From positions 13,587,045-13,651,044 of the forward strand of contig NC_092680.1 in the NCBI RefSeq assembly GCF_964355755.1: a stretch of 64,000 nucleotides of DNA, given 5' to 3'. Made by a program: the position numbers and the translations under genes. The notes under the pieces are model-generated. The model was not told where the DNA came from, did not search any database, and saw only the letters and a program-made list of their open reading frames with translations. Below are positions 35,685 to 47,318 of the stretch, in pieces (the first letter of the stretch is position 1; every line of letters begins with the position of its first letter). Source of the stretch: Antedon mediterranea (Eukaryota > Animalia > Echinodermata).

Positions 35685-36612
35685 TTATGGCTGATAGACT
35701 GCGGTGAAGAAGGCAACGGGAAACCACTTCACTATCATTTTTCCAAGAACAATTATGAAGTGTCACAATTCAAGAATGAAAGCTAACGGCGTAAAGAGGG
35801 TACATCCATCGTATGAAGGAGGCTCCTTGCCCGGTAGGGTGTCTCATGTGCGACAGGTGGAGCTCGACCGTCATAAAGCTACTGTCCGCAATAGAAGTAC
35901 AATCAGATTAGGAACGTGAAATGTATCAAGATGGCAAACTTGAAAATGTTAAGCTGTAAATGATGAGACTCAACATCAATATATTAGGGATAAATGAAAC
36001 TCATTGGACAAATAATGGTGAATTTATGATTGATGATTACAAGATGATTTACGCTGGAGGAGACAAACATGAAAAAGGTGTAGGGTTGCTTTTGGATGGT
36101 GATATGGCTAAATGTATGCTGGGCTATTGGGCTGTGAGTGAAAGAGTTATACTGGTCAAACTGCAGGGACAACCCTTCAATATCTCTATCATAGTGGTTT
36201 ATGCACCTACAGCTGACAGCACAGATGAAGAAATAGATAACTTTTATGCGACCTTAGACCAGGGAGTTGTTATTAACAACTCCCTGCTTAGACCAGGGAG
36301 TCTCCCTGCTTAGACCAGGCCAAATCCCAATGCAAATCAGATGAGATAACTATCATCATGGGTGATCTGAATGTAAAGGTTGGCCATGGGCAGGATGGAA
36401 CACAGTTGGAGAGCTAGCATGGGATGGGTGAAAGAAATGAGCGTGGCGATAGATGGGTGAACTGGTGTAAAGCTAAGGATATGACCATAACAAATACATG
36501 GTTCAAAGAGCATCCCAGACGAATATACACATGGCAGACCCCTGGTGATGTGACGAGGGACCAGATTGACTACATTGCAGTAAACAGTAGGTGTAAAAGG
36601 GCAGTGACTCAT
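35685..36612 (+). pseudogene. Decayed 5' part of an RTE-type LINE (AP-endonuclease domain)
   Basis: Frameshifted peptides IRLGT*NV, NILGINETHW, KGVGLLL, SERVILVKL, IIVVYAPT, IIMGDLNVKVG, GERNERG, NTWFKEHPRRIYTWQTPG, QIDYIAV. Upstream AAGGCAACGGGAAACCACTTC motif resembles RTE 5' regions. Confidence 0.85.
36253..36315. mobile_element. Two consecutive micro-palindromes (27 and 15 bp, CAGGGAG...CTCCCTG) separated and flanked by three copies of the 7-bp target CTTAGAC
   Basis: CTTAGAC|CAGGGAGTTGTTATTAACAACTCCCTG|CTTAGAC|CAGGGAGTCTCCCTG|CTTAGAC. Removing the inserts restores the LINE frame (ATLDQAKSQCK). Confidence 0.8.
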
Positions 36613-36826
36613 GAAAAAAAAAAAAATTCGAATTAAAAATTTGAATTAACGAATTACTAATTCGAAATTTCGAATTAATAATTCGAAATTTCTGATTAGT
36701 AATTTGAAATTTCGAATTAATAATTCGAAATTTGAATTGATAATTCGAAAAAACGTATTAATAATTCGTTATTTCGAATTTGTGAAAGCAATATTATTTT
36801 TTTGTTGGCCCTAATAGGCTTTCGTA
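36613..36826. repeat. TAATTCGAAA-type short repeat block, probably one end of a non-autonomous DNA transposon that truncates the LINE
   Basis: Repeated AATTCGAA/TTCGAATT units ending in GGCCCTAATAGGCTTTCGTA; no partner end seen. Confidence 0.5.
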
Positions 36827-37071
36827 TCAAACAGATCGGTCAATACGAAAATTCGAAAAGAAAAGAGAAGGAAGTGAATAACCACTCCCTCTATAAAATT
36901 GTGTCTCCTACTTTGTTGCTATAGAAACTAAGTACAATCTGCCATGCGCGAGCGAGAGTCGAGTGCAGAGAGAGAGTAGTTTGTGTCGTGTGTGGTTAAG
37001 GGTGTCTGCCATGTTTCGATAATTGAATTTGTGATTAATATGTTTGACGTCTTATACTTTTGTTCAACAAC

Positions 37072-40000
37072 ATGGGTCATGGAGCAAGTACAAATGTGAA
37101 ATCAGTTACTATAAATGGTCAGAATAGTCATGATTATAAGTCAAGGTAAGTGATATTAGTTTGAAGGTTAGCTAGCTAATTCGAAGAGAGTAGGCCTAGG
37201 CCTAGGCCCTACTACTACTAGAAGAGTAGCTAAGCTAGGTGTGGTGGGGATAGCCTAGGCCTAGGCTAGGCATCTATTCTAGCTACTAGGCCTACTAGCT
37301 AGCTAGTAGTAGGCTAGCTAAGGCTTCCTCTAAAAAGTAAGGCGGTCCTACACTAAACGCCAAACGGAAACAAATGAGACTCAGAATGTTGCAAATACAT
37401 TTAACAAACGAGAGTTATTGTTAAAAAATAACTTTTTTAGCAAAAATCGTCCGGATTTCTGTTAAAAATGATGAATTTAGCAACAAACTTGGCTCAGGGT
37501 AAAAAAAAGAACTTTTGTTTATAGATTAGAGGCGATCAACAAAACTATAGAATTCTCTACCAAATAACATAAAATCAGAACGTCTTTGGCAACTAAATCT
37601 TGTCGTGTAATTGGACAGTAGGTACCCAAGGCTCGCCTATGTCAGAATTAAGCATAATTTTTTTGTATACGCCGTGGCTAAAGATACGGTACCGTATCCT
37701 AACTTCCGTTTGCTAAAGGTACGGTAAAATTGCATTACGTCATAGTATGTGTGTGACGTCATCGTATAAGGACTTGGGATTTTTTTTTATATCGCGAAAA
37801 CAGTGATCAATCGGCGGCTTAACATTTTCTTTATTATGCTTCATTTATCGCTATTATCCCCGTCGTGTGACAAAACTAAATCTAGCCTAGGCCTACGTCT
37901 GTTATTATTGATAGGCTAAAACATGTTGATTTTAATTCTAGAATACAGAAATTGACCGTTTCAAAAGAGGCCTACTACGTACTATAACCATGCTATAGCC
38001 TCAGTATATGAGTTTGTTTGCCAGGCTGGGGCCAGCTGCATGCGTGTGCTGATTTCTGTGACTAAGACCTGGGGCTAGGCCTATTGTCTAAATCATAGTA
38101 TTTGAGGGCCCCTTTATTGTCCGCATTTGCTTTTTGTTTATGTTCACCATCTGTAAACAAAGTTTATTAAAAAATCTAAATACTGTAGGCAATTTGGAAT
38201 AAAAATAAAATCCTCATAGTAACTATAGGCCTATGGACGAATGAACTAGACGCAACACAATTTCCAACATTGAATTATAATTCCTTTACTTCTAATTTGG
38301 CTATCAACATATTTCTACTGTAGTGTAGTGTTTAATTTTGTATAATGAAATAATATTTGAGATTGAGTGCATGATTTAAACGCTTTATGTAACGTCCACC
38401 AACCACATGATCTTGCTCTATTACTACAGCATCGACGATTCTCGATTCAACATTACTAGGTCTAGCCCCGAGGCTGAGTCACAGAATCATAAGCGCACAC
38501 ATCCATGCAGCCTGGCGCCGCCGATAGGCATTCTCTACAGACGCGATGTGAAAAAAATCCAAAGTCCTTATATGATGACGTCACACACGTCACAGCACCC
38601 CATTGGCCGATTATGACGTAATGCAATTTTACCGTACCTTTAGTAAACGGAAGTTAGGATACGGTACCGTATCTTTAGCCACAGCGTTTTTTATAATAGA
38701 TGATCAGTGAATAAATTACCAATTAACAAGTGTTTTAATTATTTAAAGATGGACAAGATCCAACTCAGATGGCTGTATTGTTGAGACAAGTTTGAACTCC
38801 AGTAAGGTAAGGTATCTTACAACAAACAATAATCCCAACAAAACTAATTACTAATTACTACTTAATGTAACTTAGCATTTTCTTTTGTTTTGATCTTCAA
38901 ATCAGGTACGCATAATTATATAGACGTGTTCACGCTCCTCCCTGTAACAGCTAAAAATGAAATTATAAACTACTTTTTTATATCTGTTTTTGAAGTATGT
39001 TGACGTAACAGTTTTAAAGATATATTGTCCCCCTGAAAAATATTTTTACATTTAAAATTTGTTTTTGAATGTGTCATTTTATTGTCACATAATAGTTATT
39101 CACAATAATCAAACAATTATTTACCTGGAAAAAATGTAATTTAAAGCAAAAATACTTAAATTGTCTGTCAGACAATGGTTTTGGGGTTGTAATTAAACGT
39201 TTATTTTCTGTTTTTATAGTACATATGAATAAATATTATTACTTTGTTACAGAATTTTGTATTTGAAAAATACAACAAGAATTCATACTTTGATATGTCA
39301 TAATTAAAATTAAATAAAAAATACTAAATCTGTAAAAGATGATGTGCTTATTAAATAATTTAAAAATAAAAATGATGTCAAAATAAATATTACTTTATTA
39401 TACTAATCAGACTCAATTTCTGTCACTTTAGCTTATTTTATTGCTAAGGTCAAGTCTGAGGGTCACTTCATCAAGCCTAAGGCCACGGTCACACTGCAGC
39501 CTCAAGCCTGGTGCGACTCACCGCGATCGATTACCTAATTGATTTTTATGATTGTATTTATTATGATAATTATCACAATTTAAATACAAGAAGCAAATCG
39601 AAACACACTTTAGTCTTACCAAAATGGCATAATGATTCTGGTAAAAGAACATTTCAATACCGCTCAGTCAAACTCTGGAATAATCTTTCACCAGATATTC
39701 GCAGATCTATAAATTCATTAACTTTGCAATCGTTTAAAAATTTGATCTAACCGTATTTTTCTCTTGCTTCTTGTGATATTGTAGTCTTTAAAAACGTTTT
39801 CATAATTTTCCATTTTTATTGTTTATATTTGTAAGTGTTAACTGGACTTCAAGGAAGAACAATGTACAAATATTGAATGAATATCCAGAATAAAGAAAGA
39901 TTTCTATCTATTTATCTATGAAAATTGAAAATGATAAAATTTAGATTGTGTCTGAATAAATACTACAATTTTAGATGATCAAAAAGAAAAACACATTACT

Positions 40001-43000
40001 AAACAGAATACCATTACTGATAAAAGGGCCAAAAATAAAAGGACCAAAAATAAAAGGACCAAAAAACTATCAACCAAAGAATACATTCTACTATAGTAGT
40101 ATTTAGTTTATTTTTTAATGTATTCACAGATTTATTTAGATCAGCAACGGACAGAATTGAAGAAATCACTGAATACTACAGAAGAGCGTTTGAAGGAATC
40201 GGAAAAGAAAAATGATAATATTGAAAAACAGGTAAATGTTACTTATATTTTACATGCAATAATGGTGATGAAATCAACAAATATGCATATGACATGATTT
40301 ATAAAGCTAACTATTTATGTTTATGGTTCTACTTTTATTTTCTGGTATATCATTACTTTATCAGGGGCGGACCCCAGTTGCCTGGGCAACACCCTTAATA
40401 TCGTACTAAATGTTTTCTCTGTCACTAAATTCAAATTTAGATCCCATTTCATCATATGTATTAACCATTAACGTTTTAGTCCAGGGTTGGAAGAACCTGT
40501 GTAAATTGACAGATTGCAGCGTAAAATTAACCAATATACAACACTATAACACTTACAATTTACCAGCGTTCAGCAAATTTTGTTTAGATATGTTTATTTC
40601 CCTATGTCCGTTTCCTTAGTAATTACAGACGTTCCAATTTTGAACAGTGTTTCTTTCTTTCTGCAAATTTTAATTATATTTTTCTTTTTTTGTCGCATGA
40701 ATTTGACCATCTACTATATAGTGCAGCTATAGTACTATCAACAAATATAATTATATGTGGCACATGACAGGGTTATCAAAGCTGAATGTTTGTAAATGTT
40801 TACAGAAACTGCTCTTTGTACATGTACATAATATTTAAATGTAGTCCCGGAAGTTGTGCATGCAGATGCGTCAAATATTTTACATGCTATGAAATGTCAT
40901 TGGTACAACTGCCTTATTTAAATATACATCCTGTAAAAGAACAAACCATTCCAGATAAAAAAGTTACTTTTCAGTTTTCCACTCAAGCGCTTCTGAACTA
41001 TCTTAATTTGATAATGATATGCCAGCCAAGGAGAATAAAATAATCCAGTACAGTAACGTATGCATTTTTTAATTTGAAGATGGCAGAGGTCGAAGGTGAA
41101 AACTTTGAACTAAAAGAAAAAGTTTCAGAGTTAGAGCAAATCATTGAATCATTACAAACACAGATAGTGCCAAACGAAGAACAGGAGCTTACGGAAACAT
41201 TAGAAGCAAAAGATTTATATATAGAGCAGTTGCAAGCGGACATCAATAGTCACCACCAACAGATGGATAAACTGGTAAAAAGTAAATGTTTGTTTTATAC
41301 ACAACTGCCATTGCATCGATCATGCTCTTTCTATTTAACGCCAGCCACAACTGTACCTGTGAACTAAGGTTCTCATACTTGTTGAAGCCTATTAGACTAA
41401 ATTATTTAAACTAATTTTCATACATATACCTCCTTTGAATGTTATATCTCTTATTTTGTAGAAACTGAAATACAAAAAGCGTTTAAATGCAATAAAAACA
41501 CAACTAGCTGAGGTGAAGCAAGAAGGGTCGCTTAATATTTATAAATTGAACCAAGAAATGTCATTAATGGAGGAGAAGAACTACGAACTGACAGGTGTTC
41601 CTTACCGTCTTTTATATTTTTTTGATTGATTGCACATGATTGATTTAATGTTCAATGTATATGCTTCTCATTAAAGATGTATTGTCCGCTAAACCATAAA
41701 GATGAATAAAATTGAACTTTTAATAGGTCAGTTTGCACTTTTATGAATTTAGTCACATTCACTGGAAAAATATGAATAAAAATACAAACTGTTACATTTA
41801 ACTTGTGAGTGCGTGTGGCGCAGTGTGTTGGACGTTCGATCGATGTATCCTTGGCAAGATACTTTACTTATGTTTGCCTCTCTCCACCCAGGTGTATAAA
41901 TGGGAACCCCCCGTTTAAATCAAGACACAACTGTACGCTGATTACTAGCTGCATTATGGGAGTATGTTTCCATACGTCTTTGATCCGACTGGATATTATT
42001 TTTTTTCAATTATTGGTCAAAGTGAATAATATTATGACATTAAAATTGGCTATTTAACAAAAGCAGTTTCAGGTTGACAATAATAAATCATTAACTTTGA
42101 AGCCTCATTGATTAAGTACTGCAGTCGGTGTAAAAGTATAATTTACTAGTATTATTTTACTAATATATTTTCATGTACAAGGACATTACCATTTTTTGTA
42201 TACCATCATTTTATATTTAACTTCATTATTAAGTTTATAATCAACTATCATATATTTTTATGTAGACAGCATACAGTACCTTCACATTTTTATGTATATG
42301 AGCAATTTGAACTCTTTGCAGAATTTGAACATTTTGTAGTGTTTGAAGTATGCTACTAAAATATCATGATTTGAAATAGTAATACATTCTACTTTTCGTT
42401 TTCCCCAGCAAAACTTGACAAAGTATGCCTAGAATCCAAAAGTAAACAGCTAATGAAAAATGATATGAACAATGGTGATGAAGAAACAGATATGCCAGAC
42501 TGGGAAGATAGTCGTACAAAAGTTATACTGCAACTGTCCACCCAGCTTTCTGTACAGCAGGAAAAAATTGAAGAATTACAAAGTATATTAGAAGGGAAAG
42601 AACAACTAATTAAAGAACATACAAAACCTTATAGATTAAGAAGTATATCCAAGGGAAGTTATAAAAATAGGCAGAATGGTATAGAAAGTTATGACCAAAA
42701 AACTAGTTTTACACAGAGATGGCAGTCATCATCTTCAAGAAATTTATTTGCTGAAGATGACAACACATTTGAAAAAGTCTTTGAAATAGGTCAAGAGAAG
42801 GTCATTAATGGGAAGGAGTCTTCATTTCAAAAAGACACTGAACTGACAGATGCTTCTAGTATACAGACCTTTTCTGTCACATCTATTAGTTCTGATGTGT
42901 CTGACATCACACCCAAAGCAGCCAGTCATATACGAATGCCTTCTGCCAATCCTATTAAATCTGGAGTTTCTGACATCCCTCCCAAAGCAGTCACTAGTAC

Positions 43001-43181
43001 ACAAATGCCTTCTGCCAATTTCATTAGTTCTGGTGTGTCAGATATTTCTTTATCAGGTCAGAGTTCTAAAAAGAGGAGAAGGAGAAGAAAGCAGCAGAGT
43101 GAAAACAGTCAGATGTCAGCTGAAAGCTGTAATTCCAACATTTACCCTAGCATTAAATATGGTGCAGCTAATGTCACATGA
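37072..43181 (+). CDS. Coiled-coil protein, CCDC192-like, 6 exons, ~444 aa, with possible N-myristoylation (MGHGAS)
   Basis: GT-AG exons in phase: 37072-37145, 38749-38806, 40130-40231, 41080-41274, 41462-41594, 42409-43181 (1335 nt). Heptad E/K/Q-rich exons. VILQLSTQLSVQQEKIEELQSILEGKE recalls the conserved CCDC192 segment (from memory, not searched). Confidence 0.75.
37669..38687. mobile_element. MITE with ~120-bp terminal inverted repeats in intron 1
   Basis: ACGCCGTGGCTAAAGATACGGTACCGTATCCTAACTTCCGTTT... at 37669; reverse complement ends ...GATACGGTACCGTATCTTTAGCCACAGCGT at 38687. Confidence 0.8.
39535..39920 (+). mobile_element. 3' fragment of a CR1/L2-group LINE
   Basis: NTRSKSKHTLVLPK..GKRTFQYRSVKLWNNL..SFK C-terminal motif, then a 3'UTR with AATAAA and a (TCTA)n tail. 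The same tail appears inverted at ~57240-57290. Confidence 0.75.
41809..41960 (+). mobile_element. SINE fragment (tRNA-derived head plus conserved core)
   Basis: GTGGCGCAGTG A-box-like sequence, GTTCGATC B-box-like sequence, then TCCTTGGCAAGATACTTTAC..TGCCTCTCTCCACCCAGGTGTATAAATGGG, resembling widespread metazoan SINE cores. Confidence 0.6.
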
Positions 43182-43548
43182 CAACAAATAATGTTCTTTG
43201 TTTTGGTAATACATTTTAAATGTTTAACGTATTTATTTTTTAAAATAATAAATAATTTTTCAAAAAAATGTTCTAGTGTATATAAATATGTTATTTACAA
43301 GAATGGATCCAGGAATTCGGAAATGGAGTCATGAGTGCAGTGGTGCAGCCTTGTGTATGGTTTATTTAAACAGTCCAAGGCATATATTCATACCAAATGG
43401 TTATACCAAACTCCTAATCAAATTTTGGCTGTCAAGGGACTTTTACCATCGGGATCCGAGTGTAACAGATTAACGTAGCCATAAGTTTTTACTAAATTTG
43501 AGTATGGTACCCCGACGTAGTTTAGACCACTCGGGTCAATTTGTTATG

Positions 43549-44322
43549 TTCTATGTTTTAAACAATTTTCCGCCCCTTCTATGTTTTAAACAATTTTCCG
43601 CCCCTTCTATGTTTTAAACAATTTTCCGCCCTTCTATGTTTTAAACAATTTTCCGCCCCTTCTATGTTTTAAAAAATGTTTTGCCCCTTCTATGTTTTTA
43701 ACAATTTTCCGCCCCTTCTATGTTTTAAACAATTTTCCTCCCCCTTCTATGTTTTAAACAATTTTCCGCCCCTTCTATGTTTTAAACAATGTTCCGCCCT
43801 TCTATGCTGTGAACAATTTTCCGCCCCTTCTATGTTTTAAACAATTATCCGCCCCTTCTGTGTTTTAAACAATTTTCCGCCTCTTCTATGCTTTAAACAA
43901 TTCTCCGCCCCTTCTATGTTTTAACAATTTTCCGCCCCTTCTATGTTTTAAACAATTTTCCGCCCTTCTATGTTTTAAACAATTTTCCGCCCCTTCTCTA
44001 TGTTTTAAACCATTTTCCGCCCCTTCTATGTTTTAAACAATTTTCCGCCCCTTCTATGTTTTAAACAATTTTCCTCCCCTTCTATGTTTTAAACAATTTT
44101 TCGCCCCTTCTATGTTTTAAACAATTTTCCGCCCCTTCTATGTTTTAAACAATGTTCAGCCCTTCTATGTTTTAAACAATTTTCCGCCCCTTCTATGTTT
44201 TAAACAATTTGCCGCCCCTTCTATGTTTTAAACAATTTTCCGCCCTTTCTATGTTTTAAACAATTTTCCGCCCTTCTATGTTTTAAACAATTATCCGCCC
44301 CTTCTATTTTTTAAACAATTTT
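43549..44322. repeat. 28-bp minisatellite TTCTATGTTTTAAACAATTTTCCGCCCC (about 27 copies)
   Basis: Directly visible tandem array. Confidence 0.95.
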
Positions 44323-44434
44323 CTTTTTTTCCTACTATGTTTTCTTCCCTTGCTCCGTTTCTTTCCTATTATGTCTAGTTGATCCGTTTCTTTTCCGTTT
44401 CCCTGCTCTGTTCTCTTCCCCTGCTCCGTTTTTC

Positions 44435-46168
44435 GTCCCCCTACTCCGCTTTTTATATGTCCCTGACCCTGCTCGATCCGTCTCCCTGCTCCGTTTTTTA
44501 TATGTCCCTGACCCTGCTCGATCCGTCCCCCTGCTCCGTTTTTTATATGTCCCTGACCCTGCTCGATCCGTCTCCCTGCTCCGTTTTTTATATGTCCCTG
44601 ACCCTGCTCGATCCGTCCCCCTGCTCCGTTTTTTATATGTCCCTGACCCTGCTCGATCCGTCCCCCTGCTCTGTTTTTTATATGTCCCTGACCCTGCTCG
44701 ATCCGTCCCCCTGCTCCATTTTTTATATGTCCCTGACCCTGCTCGATCCGTCTCCCTGCTCCGTTTTTTATATGTCCCTGACCCTGCTCGATCCGTCCCC
44801 CTGCTCCGTTTTTTATATGTCCCTGACCCTGCTCGATCCGTCCCCCTGCTCCGTTTTTTATATGTCCCTGACCCTGCTCGATCTGTCCCCCTGCTCCGTT
44901 TTTTATATGTCCCTGACCCTGCTCGATCCGCCCCCTGCTCCGTTTTTTATATGTCCCTGACCCTGCTCGATCCGTCCCCCTGCTCCGTTTTTTATATGTC
45001 CCTGACCCTGCTCGATCCGTCCCCCTGCTCTGTTTTTTATATTTCCCTGACCCTGCTCGATCCGTCTCCCTGCTCTGTTTTTTATATGTCCCTGATCCTG
45101 CTCGATCCGTCCCCCTGCTCCGTTTTTTATATGTCCCTGACCCTGCTCGATCCGTGACCCTGCTCCGTTTTTTATATGTCCCTGACCCTGCTCGATCCGC
45201 ACGTCCCCCTGCTCTGTTTTTTATATGTCCCTGACCCTGCTCGATCCGTTCCCTGCTCCGTTTTTTATATGTCCCTGACCCTGCTCGATCCGTCCCCCTG
45301 CTCCGTTTTTTATATGTCCCTGACCCTGCTCGATCCGTCCCCCTGCTCCGTTTTTTATATGTCCCTGACCCTGCTCGATCCGTCCCCCTGCTCTGTTTTT
45401 TATATGTCCCTGACCCTGCTCGATCCGTCCCCCTGCTCCGTTTTTTATATGTCCCTGACCCTGCTCGATCCGTCCCCCTGCTCCGTTTTTTATATGTCCC
45501 TGACCCTGCTCGATCCGTCCCCCTGCTCTGTTTTTTATATGTCCCTGACCCTGCTCTGTTTTTTATATGTCCCTGACCCTGCTCGATCCATCCCCCTGCT
45601 CCGTTTTTTATATGTCCCTGACCCTGCTCGATCCGTCCCCCTGCTCCGTTTTTTATATGTCCCTGACCCTGCTCGATCCGTCCCCCTGCTCTGTTTTTTA
45701 TATGTCCCTGACCCTGCTCGATCCGTCCCCCTGCTCTGTTTTTTATATGTCCCTGACCCTGCTCGATCCGTCTTCCTGCTCTGTTTTTTATATGTCCTTG
45801 ACCCTGCTGGATCCGTGACCCTGCTCGATCCGTCCCCCTGCTCTGTTTTTTATATGTCCCTGACCCTGCTCGATCCGTCCCCCTGCTCTGTTTTTTATAT
45901 GTCCCTGACCCTGCTCGATCCGTCTCCCTGCTCTGTTTTTTATATGTCCCTGATCCTGCTCGATCCGTCCCCCTGCTCTGTTGTTTATATGTCCCTGACC
46001 CTGCTCGATCCGTCCCCCTGCTCTGTTTTTTATATGTCCCTGACCCTGCTCGATCCGTCCCCCTGCTCTGTTTTTTATATGTCCCTGACCCTGCTCGATC
46101 CGTCTCCCTGCTCTGTTTTTTATATGTCCCTGACCCTGCTCGATCCGTCTCCCTGCTCTGTTTTTATT
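44435..46168. repeat. 45-bp minisatellite CCCTGCTCCGTTTTTTATATGTCCCTGACCCTGCTCGATCCGTCC (about 38 copies)
   Basis: Directly visible; produces the 15-aa periodic spurious ORFs. Confidence 0.95.
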
Positions 46169-46170
46169 AC

Positions 46171-46256
46171 TCATTCATTATTTATTTAGCCTTTAAAATC
46201 GAAATACATTGTTGTAAATGTATTTCGATTTGAAAGGCTAAATAAAGAATGAATGA
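46171..46256. repeat. ~85-bp near-perfect inverted repeat at the end of the 45-bp array
   Basis: TCATTCATTATTTATTTAGCCTTTAAAATCGAAATACATT..AATGTATTTCGATTTGAAAGGCTAAATAAAGAATGAATGA; a degenerate 45-bp unit resumes after it. Confidence 0.75.
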
Positions 46257-47318
46257 ATGAATTTATATCCCTGACCCCGTTCGATTTGTTTCCTTTCTTC
46301 TACGGATACAGCATTTTGAGATTCACAAGATTGGTGTTTTTTACTACTGTGTAAGACTGCTTTATCCTACTTAGGGCCGGCCGTTTTAGCTTGCATATGT
46401 ACATAATACATACATCTCTTTTAAAATAAACTTAGTATGGGCTATTGTTTTATATGATCACACAGATTATTCCAAAATAAGAAATATATTGTTGACCTAA
46501 TTTAGTGCGTTTTAGTTGTGGATTTAATTTATGGAACAATACTTGAATAGATTAATTATCTGTATAATATTCAATGAATTGTTTGATCCATGCTGAGATT
46601 AATCAGATATTAATTAAATTTAATTAATGCAAATTATCATTGAACCTGGTTTGGTAACACGGTGACTACGCCAAACAACACAAGTTAGCCAATAGTATTA
46701 CAAGCATTTAAATGACCTTTCTCCCATCTGTTACAAATTGAAAACAAAAATTGCGGCGTATTTTAATACATCAATTAATAACAAATAATCATATTAACAA
46801 TATAGCATGGATGTATTTTGTACGGCTGAAACATTTCAATGTACATGTACATAAGAGGAGCGCATAACTTTAAAATGTATTAATAGATTATACATTAACA
46901 CACTGTTTCGAATGCTGCCGGAACCGTATTTAAAGACCATTCGTCTCAGCCTGGATTGTGTTCAAGGTATAATAGTGCTAACACAGGTGAGTATAGGCAT
47001 TTTAAAGGGTAGTTCCGGGTTTTAAATTGCTATTTGCTATAATTTATTCGCTCGCGTACCCTCGGCGCAAATAACTGAAAATTGTAAAAAATATGTGTGT
47101 GTGTGTGTGTGTGTGTTCATTGCATGGTATCGAACCCACATTAATTTAAACAACTAAAAACAATTATTGAGTATTATAGATGGATGGATCCTCGTTATCG
47201 TGTGCGGGTAGCATCATTTGACAATCATTTACAATGTGTACCAAATTTGGAAAATACCCTATCCTGGGTAAATTCATATTAATCGTCAATAATTGTAGAA
47301 ACTTACTTAGCAGGCCTA

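Noticed and set aside
44379-46189. ORFs of 68-337 aa with MSLTLLDPSPCSVFY repeats
   Set aside because: By-product of a stop-free 45-bp minisatellite; frames shift at unit indels.
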